This document shows positions 56,879-64,000 of a stretch of DNA of 64,000 nt, piece after piece. Source of the stretch: a virus; IMG/VR virus record IMGVR_UViG_3300020176_000011, positions 16,085 through 80,084 of that record; one strand, written 5' to 3'. A model generated the notes under the pieces. The model was given only the letters and a program-made list of their open reading frames with translations, was not told the DNA's origin and made no database searches. Position numbers and translations under genes: made by a program. Each line of letters opens with the position of its first letter. The first letter of the stretch is position 1.

Positions 56879-57322
56879 ACATCGGGTCCTACGTCTCGGA
56901 GCTTCCGAATGACGAGAAGCTCCAGATCATGCGGGACTACGACCAGTGGGAGAAGACAGGCACCACTGGTCAGACCTCGCTTCGCAAGCACACTGAAACT
57001 ATCATCAGTGTGAGCGGGAACGATCCCGCGAACTTCTACTTCTATGCGATGGCCCTGACATTCACATGCTCCAGGTTCTTCGCTGAGAAGTACATCGCAA
57101 TGTACGCAGGAAAGGTGCCACAGCATGTCCGATAAGCGACACATGGGCCGACTGGAGGGTTGGTCCCGATCCTACGTCACGACCGAGGGGCTCGGCTTCG
57201 TGATCAACGCCACGAACGGAAGTACCGGAGCCATCGTGCTGGAGATCCAGCAGCCGGATGGCAGCTGGGAAGTGGAGACGAAGAATCTCCGCTACACCCT
57301 CGGGACACCAGCCAGTGCGTAA
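56875..57322 (+). CDS. Two small hypothetical genes (56875-57135, 57125-57322)
   Basis: Coupled ORFs. Confidence 0.5.
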
Positions 57323-57956
57323 GCTCAACATCCTGATCGGCTGCGAGTGCAGTGGCATTGTCCGTGACGAGTTCATCAAGCTCGGTCATGACGCAATGTC
57401 CTGCGACTTGCAGCCGTGCGACCGACCGGGTCCGCATCATCAGGGTGATCTGATCGAGCTGCTCAACAGCAAGCCGTCCGGCTACTACGACCTGATGATC
57501 GCTCATCCGGTCTGCACCTATCTGTGCGGCTCGGGCTGGCACTGGCACAAGAAGCAGCCTGACCGAATGGCGAAGTCCATCGACGCTCGGGACTTCTTCA
57601 TGAGACTGTGGCGACATCCTGCCGCAGCACGGGTTGCTCTGGAAAACCCAATCGGCATCATGTCGACGTGGTTCAGGAAGCCCGACCAGATCATTCAACC
57701 GTACCAGTTCGGTGACGACGCCAGCAAAGCTACGTGCTTGTGGTTGTCGAACGATCTGCCACTGCTGACACTGGATCGTAGTCAGTATGTGAAACCTCGC
57801 ATCACCGCTGATGGAAAGAAGCGGTGGGCGAACCAGACCGATAGCGGTCAAAATCGTTTGGGACCTTCGGCCGACCGTGCTAAACTTCGGTCCGAAACCT
57901 ATCCAGGAATTGCTAGGGCCATGGCCCAGCAGTGGAGTGCGTTCCTCTCCTTGTAG
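57315..57956 (+). CDS. Phage DNA cytosine methyltransferase-like protein
   Basis: ILIGCECSG..RD.F, SCDL, DLMIAHPVCTYL (motif IV variant), ALENPIG (motif VI), KATCLWL, RSETYPGIA. Confidence 0.75.
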   Translation: MRKLNILIGCECSGIVRDEFIKLGHDAMSCDLQPCDRPGPHHQGDLIELLNSKPSGYYDLMIAHPVCTYLCGSGWHWHKKQPDRMAKSIDARDFFMRLWRHPAAARVALENPIGIMSTWFRKPDQIIQPYQFGDDASKATCLWLSNDLPLLTLDRSQYVKPRITADGKKRWANQTDSGQNRLGPSADRAKLRSETYPGIARAMAQQWSAFLSL

Positions 57957-58001
57957 GAACATTCGTGTAACTGAAACTGAAGCTGACAAAGGAACTGTAT
58001 C

Positions 58002-58370
58002 ATGTCCATCAAGAACATCCCGCTCCCCGGCTCGCCCACCACGACCGTTCTGGCCACCACGAGCCTCTCCCTCTACACCCAGCGCGCCGAGATCGACGCC
58101 AAGATGAAGGAGATCGGCCTCGACCTGATCGAAATCGCTCGCGGCGAGACGATGGCGATCACCATCCCGAACATGGGCAAGGTCACCGTGACCAAGCCGT
58201 CCGAGCCGACGCCGGTCCCCGGCGAATACACCTACACCTTCAGCCAGGAAGCGTTCCTGAACCTCAGCGCGGCGACCCGTCGCACGCTGCAGAATGCTGG
58301 CGTCGTCATCGTCGCGCCGAAGGTCAAGGGTGGCTCGTCGGCGACCGTGCGGCACACCCCGAACAAGTAA
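58002..58370 (+). CDS. Hypothetical protein, probably highly expressed
   Basis: AAAGGA RBS; strong codon bias. Confidence 0.65.
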   Translation: MSIKNIPLPGSPTTTVLATTSLSLYTQRAEIDAKMKEIGLDLIEIARGETMAITIPNMGKVTVTKPSEPTPVPGEYTYTFSQEAFLNLSAATRRTLQNAGVVIVAPKVKGGSSATVRHTPNK

Positions 58371-58825
58371 TGCGGTGGCTTCTAGCCATACTCGTTGCTG
58401 TGAGCTTGCCCGGCACCAGCTGGGCAAGCTCATTCAGCTCAGCCGATCTTCGGCTTGTCGCCGATCTTGTTTGCCATGAGGCTCGTGGTGAAACCTTTCA
58501 AGACCAACTCGACGTGGCTTTCGTCGTCCTCAACCGAATTGACGCGAGAGGAAGACACCACCCGAAGGTGGTTCCCTCTGTTCTTCTCGCGCCGGGACAG
58601 TTCAGTGGTTTCACTGGTGAAGCTCGATCAGGCGAGTGTCGACGACAAAGCAAATCCTGGAGAACCGCGCTCAACGCAGTTACCCTCGTCTTCCTCACCG
58701 AGTGGGCAACCAATCACGGCGCAACCCACTTCGCCGTTTGTCGATTGGGCAGACCCTTCGGTCCTCAGTTCACACTGGTGAAACGAAACGCCAGTCATTG
58801 CTATTGGAGAAAGCATGCGCCTTAG
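58370..58825 (+). CDS. SleB-like cell wall hydrolase (Hydrolase_2) with signal peptide
   Basis: HEARGE...VAFVVLNR...PGQFS...GATHF; N-terminal signal ending SWA. Confidence 0.85.
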   Translation: MRWLLAILVAVSLPGTSWASSFSSADLRLVADLVCHEARGETFQDQLDVAFVVLNRIDARGRHHPKVVPSVLLAPGQFSGFTGEARSGECRRQSKSWRTALNAVTLVFLTEWATNHGATHFAVCRLGRPFGPQFTLVKRNASHCYWRKHAP

Positions 58826-59243
58826 CATGAACGACTTTATGAGCAATCCTCTAAAGGTTCGTACCTACCCCAAGCTGTGGCAGATGTTCCGCCCGCGTGG
58901 GAAGATCGTTCAGATCAACTTCCGAGCTACCGCTGACAACAACTACACGGTTCAACTCGGACTGAAATTCAAGGAAGGTGCGCCAGGCATCCGAGTCTTT
59001 GCTGGCACGAAGTACATGGGTCGGATCGTCAACGAAGGTGAATACCACTCGGTCGCCAATCAGTGCGACCCTCTGTGGAACGCCGTCGTCAACCTGCTCG
59101 ATAAGCTCGACGCCGACCCGATCAAGACGGTCGCCGACTACGGGATTGAGAGCGGCCTGTGTGGCTTCTGCAGCCGCGCGCTGACCGATCCCGAGAGCAT
59201 CAAGTTCGGCATCGGTCCGATCTGCAGGAGGAATGTCGGATGA
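58815..59243 (+). CDS. DUF6011-like Zn-finger protein
   Basis: CGFCSRALTDPESIKFGIGPIC. Confidence 0.75.
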   Translation: MRLSMNDFMSNPLKVRTYPKLWQMFRPRGKIVQINFRATADNNYTVQLGLKFKEGAPGIRVFAGTKYMGRIVNEGEYHSVANQCDPLWNAVVNLLDKLDADPIKTVADYGIESGLCGFCSRALTDPESIKFGIGPICRRNVG

Positions 59244-59849
59244 CCCAGGTTCTGTCTACCATCGAAGAGATGACAAAGCTCGCTGACAAGCTGCTGAATC
59301 TCAACCGAGCGGATAGGAACTGGACGTTGGATGACGAAGTCATGCACATCCAGATCCATGGCAAACGCACAGCGTGGGGCGAAGCTGAGTGGAGAAGTGC
59401 CCACAAGCGGCTCGCAGAGTATGAAGCCCGTCGTCCGTCTGAGTTGAGAACCGGACTGATCCGGGTCGTCAACGAGACAATCGAAAAGCTAAAGGTGCAA
59501 TATGCTTGCGATTTTTGAAGCCATCATGAACTGGTGGGATCCACTCCCACAGTATCGTGACGTGCCCAACCTCGTCGGCAAGAGGATCACTCTGGATTGG
59601 ATCGCTGCTCATGGACCGTGGTCCGGTGGCGTGAACACCGAGCTGCCCCGACGTGGTGACATCGTCACCATTCTCGATGACGACAGCATGTCCACCTACG
59701 TCACCAAGCAGAAGATGGGACGTGTCGTCGGCTACAAATACTACGAGAACCGAATGGTCAGCCAAGTGGTTCTCGACAACGGCGACACAGCACTTCTTGC
59801 CTACTGTCGTCGGCTCAAGGACCATCCTCGCATCTGGATCAACTACTAG
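59240..59849 (+). CDS. Two hypothetical genes (59240-59518, 59502-59849)
   Basis: Coupled ORFs with RBS. Confidence 0.55.
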
Positions 59850-59858
59850 GGACCGAAC

Positions 59859-60536
59859 ATGAACTTCGATCAAGCCTACGAAATCATCGGCGGACTGAGC
59901 AAGCCGTCGAAGATGCCATGGTGGAGCTGGAGCATTCCGGCCGTCCATTGCAAGACCGGAAGCAAGCTGGCGCAGAAGGAAGGCACCGTGTGCCACGGCT
60001 GCTACGCTCTCAAGGGCTTCTATCACATGCCCGCCGTCAAGAACGCGATGGATCGTCGATACGAGGCGCTCAACCATCCTCTGTTCGTCGACGCCTTCGT
60101 GATCGTACTGACCAGGTTCTACGAGACGGGCCAGCGGAAGTACAAGTTCCGAGGCAAGCTCGTGAAAGAGAACCGGTTTCGCTGGCATGACAGTGGCGAC
60201 ATTCAGTCGGTCGACCACCTCAACGCCATCAACGAGATCTCGAAGCACACTCCCTTCCTGCGACATTGGGTTCCTACCAAAGAACCCGGCATCGTGGCAA
60301 AGTGGCTCAAGAAGAATGGAGCATTCGCTCCGAACCTCGTGGTTCGTGTATCCCATCCGATGGTGGGACAGCATTTCGAGACTGCTCGACCCAGCGGTTT
60401 GCCGGTGTCGACGGTCGGTTACAAGGGCAAGGGTGTGAAGCAATGTCCTGCCGCAGCTTCGCAAGGCAACAAGTGTCTCGATTGCGACACCTGTTGGATT
60501 GGAAAAAACGTAGCGGTCAACTACCCGCTGCACTAA
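59859..60536 (+). CDS. Gp88-like Cys-rich protein (possibly Fe-S binding)
   Basis: LSKPSKMP, C..G...VCHGCYA, FRWHDSGD, CP......C..C..CW, YPLH. Confidence 0.7.
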   Translation: MNFDQAYEIIGGLSKPSKMPWWSWSIPAVHCKTGSKLAQKEGTVCHGCYALKGFYHMPAVKNAMDRRYEALNHPLFVDAFVIVLTRFYETGQRKYKFRGKLVKENRFRWHDSGDIQSVDHLNAINEISKHTPFLRHWVPTKEPGIVAKWLKKNGAFAPNLVVRVSHPMVGQHFETARPSGLPVSTVGYKGKGVKQCPAAASQGNKCLDCDTCWIGKNVAVNYPLH

Positions 60537-60601
60537 ATCGGTGTCACGTCCCCACCGATGTTACTGAAACTGGGACTCGTCAAAGTCAAAGGAACTGTCA
60601 C

Positions 60602-61815
60602 ATGTCCACGAACACGAAGATGAAGGTCAGCAAGCGTCTCTTCTCGTCCATGCAGCTGGAGGCCGAGCGTGCCGAGAAGCTCGCCGTCGCCGCCCGCGCC
60701 AAGGCCGACGAGAAGAAGCGGAACCTGGAGAACGTCGAGGTCGAGCCGGATGGCCGCAAGAAGGTGGTCACGACCGGCGCGGCCGATGCGAACTCGGCGC
60801 AGGGCACCGGCAGCGTCGAGGCGTAATGCCCGACATCGCCAAGTGCCGTGGAGACAGCTGCCCCATTCGGGGCAGCTGTTACCGCTTCACCTCTGATGAC
60901 AGCGGGCGACGTCAGGCTTATCTTGGCACGAGCCCGTATGGCCAACTCCACAAGGGTTGGTGTGAGATGTATAGTGGAGGTGAGCATGGAAAAATCGCGA
61001 CTCTGGACGCAAACCGAACAGGCGTTTCCGATCTTTCGGGCGTTCAACAAGGGTTCCGCCGCTGAGAAGGCACTCGCGGTCGACCTCGCGAATGATTTGA
61101 TGGGGAAGGTCCTTTCCCCGCTGCTTCGACAGCGTCTGGACCTTCTGATCCGCAAGTACAAGAACGACAAGATCATCGGAGCAATGTGATGCGAACGAGC
61201 CACGGCGTGACCACCATCAATGGCGTGAGGTGGTTGGTCCAAAACCAATCTCTGACGAACGCCATCGGGCTGCCGGGGCTTCCTGACTTCCAGCGTTCGC
61301 AGTACAAGTACGACGCTCCTCACAACTTGGACCTCAATGTGAAGTCCACGCCGCAGCTGGAGACGGACCTGAACACCATCTTGTCCGATCCAGTTGCGCG
61401 CTTCTTTCTTCCATCGATCATCGATCCTCTCAGTGACGAGATACTCGTGAAGTATTCTCCTGAGCCGGACATTCGAGTGATCGAGCGCCTCACATACCTG
61501 TGGGGCAACGGCACATGGTCCAGGACCCAGAGTTTTCGTCAGTACCATCGGCTCAAGTTCAATCGTCAGATCGGCGATACGAACATCCTGCCGCTGATTT
61601 ACTATGGCGCTACGGTTCAGGATCAGCGCGCCATCGACACCATCGTAGCAGCACCGCTGCAGAACCGTTTGCTGATCTTCGGCGACAACACTCCAGTGTT
61701 GCCCGTGTGGTCAGTGATGAAAATCGGACGACTAGCACTTCGACTGGCAGACATCATCAATATGGATCTGCCATCCATTGGTGCCTTGTACCTCCGCAAT
61801 TGTATGAGGGCGTAA
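60602..61815 (+). CDS. Four hypothetical genes (60602-60826, 60826-61065 Cys-rich, 60985-61189, 61186-61815)
   Basis: RBSs and coupling; MPDIAKC..CP....CYRF motif. Confidence 0.55.
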
Positions 61816-63203
61816 TGGCCGACCCTGGTGCAGAGCTTCGGCTCACTCAAATTGCTGACCTCGCGTGGATGATGCAGAGGAAGAAAGGAATCCTCGCGCA
61901 TGATCCTGGTGTGGGCAAGACACCACCGGTGTGCGTCTACATCTACTGGCTCTGGCTGGAGAACAAGGTCGGTACCTGCTGGAGTATGCCGAAGTCGCTC
62001 TTGAAGAAGAACAAGGCGGAACTGCTCCGCTTCACTGACTTCAAGGAAGACGAGGTAGTCATCATCGACGGTGACAAAGAAGATCGAGAGGAGTGCCTGC
62101 GCAAAGGAGCGAAGGTGCTGCTCATGGGCTTCAAGCGATACACCGAGGACTGGCAGCTGATCAAAGCAACCCATCCTCACATGGGTGCTGTGATCATCGA
62201 CGAGAGCCACCTTGGCTACACAACGTGGGACAGCAAGAACTGCCAAGAGCTTTATAAGTCGCTGCACAATGGGTTTGAGTATCTGTTCGTGATGACCGGA
62301 TCGTTCATCAAGGGACGGCTGACCTCAGCTTTCCCGATCATTCACATGATCGAACCACGTTACTATGGCTCACTCGGTGGCTTCAAACGCTTCCATGAAA
62401 TGGTCGACGGCAACGGCATGTTCTTGGGTTGGCAGAACCACGACAAGATCGGTCGCATCATGTACGACCACGGCATCCGCCGAACGTTCGTGGACGAGTA
62501 CGGTCCAGAAGCGAAGGTGCTGCAGCTTGCTGACAGCATCATGGATCCAGTTCACAAGAGCATCTATCAAGAGTGGCATGACAAGGCCATGCTGGAGTTG
62601 GAAGATGAGTTCCTCGCCGCACCAAACGCTGCTGTCCACGCTCTACGAGCAAGACAGATCTTGGCACATCCTGAGACGTTCCTCATACCTCGATGGGGCA
62701 ATCGGACCACTGCACGAGATGAGCGACTTATTACCGAGCTACAAGACGTCAAACATACCGGCGAGCGATACGTCCTGTTTTCCTGCTTCGTACCGGAGAT
62801 TGAACGACTTGGAAGAATCGGCGAGAAAGTTGGTCTACGAACTGGACTTCTCCACGGTGGAATTACTTCTGCTCGCCGATCTGCAACGGAGCTATCCTTC
62901 CGAAACGGAGAGCTTGATTTCCTTGCCATCAATCCAACCGTGGCAGGCGTGGGCTACAACTGGCCATTCCTGCAGCGACTCGGCTTCACTTCGCTCGACT
63001 ACGGCGATGACAGCGTGTTCCAGGCATACCGACGCGGCATTCGGGGTGCGCGAGACACCGCTCTACTCATCAACTTCTTCGGATACAAAAACACGGTCGA
63101 CTGGAGAATCCGCTCCGTCATTGAGGCAAAGTCTCGAGACGCGAACAAGGTCAACTCCACTTTCCCAATTCTGGAAATCAATCGTTTAGGTGTGTCGTCC
63201 TGA
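61815..63203 (+). CDS. SF2 (SNF2-like) helicase
   Basis: HDPGVGKT, IIDESH, MTGS, AGVGYN, QAYRRGIR. Confidence 0.88.
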   Translation: MADPGAELRLTQIADLAWMMQRKKGILAHDPGVGKTPPVCVYIYWLWLENKVGTCWSMPKSLLKKNKAELLRFTDFKEDEVVIIDGDKEDREECLRKGAKVLLMGFKRYTEDWQLIKATHPHMGAVIIDESHLGYTTWDSKNCQELYKSLHNGFEYLFVMTGSFIKGRLTSAFPIIHMIEPRYYGSLGGFKRFHEMVDGNGMFLGWQNHDKIGRIMYDHGIRRTFVDEYGPEAKVLQLADSIMDPVHKSIYQEWHDKAMLELEDEFLAAPNAAVHALRARQILAHPETFLIPRWGNRTTARDERLITELQDVKHTGERYVLFSCFVPEIERLGRIGEKVGLRTGLLHGGITSARRSATELSFRNGELDFLAINPTVAGVGYNWPFLQRLGFTSLDYGDDSVFQAYRRGIRGARDTALLINFFGYKNTVDWRIRSVIEAKSRDANKVNSTFPILEINRLGVSS

Positions 63204-63286
63204 CGCACAACGAGACTTGGACACTGCCGTGGGTTCTGGTAGTGTCTGGGTGTTACTGTAACTGAACCCGTTAAAGGAACTGACAC

Positions 63287-63946
63287 ATGACAAGCGCAAT
63301 CCAAGCGGCGATGGAAAAGGCCAAGGAAGCAGCCCAGAACACCGCCGTCGCGACGACCGGCCAGGCGGGTACTCCCGCCCTCCCCGGCAAGAAGCTGTCG
63401 ATGGACGACATGACCGGTGGTCTGTCGGTCGACAAGTGGATCAAGGTGACCACGCACGGCATGACCCTCGGCGACAGCTCCTCGCTGATCACGGCGGCCA
63501 TGAAGTGCAAGTTCGATGCCACGTCCGGCGTCGGCTTCCTCCCGAAGCTCTCCATCAAGGCGGGCAACCCGGCTTCCTATGCGTCGAGCTACGACGGACA
63601 GGTGTCGGACAAGGGCGGCAGCTGGGCCGACGCGATCCAGAAGATGCAGCAGATCGACCCGAAGGCTCAGCCCTATCGGTCCGCCGACCTGCCGTTCATC
63701 ACCCTGGAGCCCGTCAAGGCCATCGACGGCACCATCGTCGCCGAGGCTGGCGTCAAGCTCGGCAACTCCCTGTCGACCACCAACTGGCGGACGTTCGAGG
63801 AGCTGTGGCGCGAGATCCAGCACAAGGGCTTCGAAGGCAAGATGGTCGAGGTCAACGTCGGCTTCAAGTCGATGTCGAACAGCAAGGGCAACAAGTGGGG
63901 CATCCTCACGTTCGAGCTGGTCGGCGAACACGTCGAGTCCGAGTAA
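63287..63946 (+). CDS. Hypothetical replication protein (possible ssDNA-binding protein)
   Basis: Strong codon bias, next to the helicase, acidic C-terminus; function inferred. Confidence 0.5.
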   Translation: MTSAIQAAMEKAKEAAQNTAVATTGQAGTPALPGKKLSMDDMTGGLSVDKWIKVTTHGMTLGDSSSLITAAMKCKFDATSGVGFLPKLSIKAGNPASYASSYDGQVSDKGGSWADAIQKMQQIDPKAQPYRSADLPFITLEPVKAIDGTIVAEAGVKLGNSLSTTNWRTFEELWREIQHKGFEGKMVEVNVGFKSMSNSKGNKWGILTFELVGEHVESE

Positions 63947-63967
63947 TCGGTCGGCGTCTACAGGCGA

Positions 63968-63994
63968 AGGGAGCCGCGAGAGCGGCTCCCTTTT
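63968..63994 (+). terminator. Rho-independent terminator
   Basis: GGGAGCCGC-GAGA-GCGGCTCCC-TTTT. Confidence 0.9.
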
Positions 63995-64000
63995 CTGCAC

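Larger units (their letters stand above)
53774..63283 (+). promoter_or_regulatory. Repeated leader element ACTGWAACTG...(AAAGGAACTG), 4 copies
   Basis: At 53774, 57969, 60562 and 63254, each just upstream of a strongly codon-biased gene. Confidence 0.65.

Noticed and set aside
43776-64000. Long minus-strand ORFs in the early region (e.g. 43776-45386, 57204-58433, 62999-64000)
   Set aside because: Shadow frames of well-supported plus-strand genes
1-64000. Integrase, att sites, host genes or alternative genetic code
   Set aside because: None recognised; genes are intact under the standard code and end at TAA, TGA and TAG

Overview
The window is a 64-kb section of a GC-rich tailed dsDNA phage (siphovirus with a lambda-like M/L/K/I/J tail tip). 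No integrase, tRNA or CRISPR array was seen. Positions 1-30646 are a minus-strand late operon: gpA-type large terminase, HNH, portal, protease/scaffold, decoration and major capsid proteins, neck, tail tube, G/GT frameshift chaperones, tape measure, tail tip, a tail spike with a degenerate SGNH domain and, unusually, a membrane fatty-acid desaturase. Positions 30845-64000 are plus-strand: Prim-Pol/SF3 helicase, a signal-rich switch region (34.4-37.4 kb), and about 60 early/middle genes including AlkB, an HD (p)ppGpp hydrolase, rIIA/rIIB, RtcB, ATP-dependent DNA ligase, a C5-methyltransferase-like protein, a SleB-like hydrolase, a Gp88-like protein and an SF2 helicase. The best candidate for an undescribed system starts at about 34.4 kb. 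It is a ~1.7-kb three-gene segment almost free of GATC, AGCT and GANTC sites and closed by interlocking inverted repeats. It is also the start of a series of 12 copies of the palindrome CTGCCAAWTTGGCAG whose spacing widens out to 49.7 kb. I interpret this (inference only) as a first-entering genome end with a staged DNA-entry or protection system. All product calls come from motif recognition by eye, all site counts are manual, and no database searches were run.
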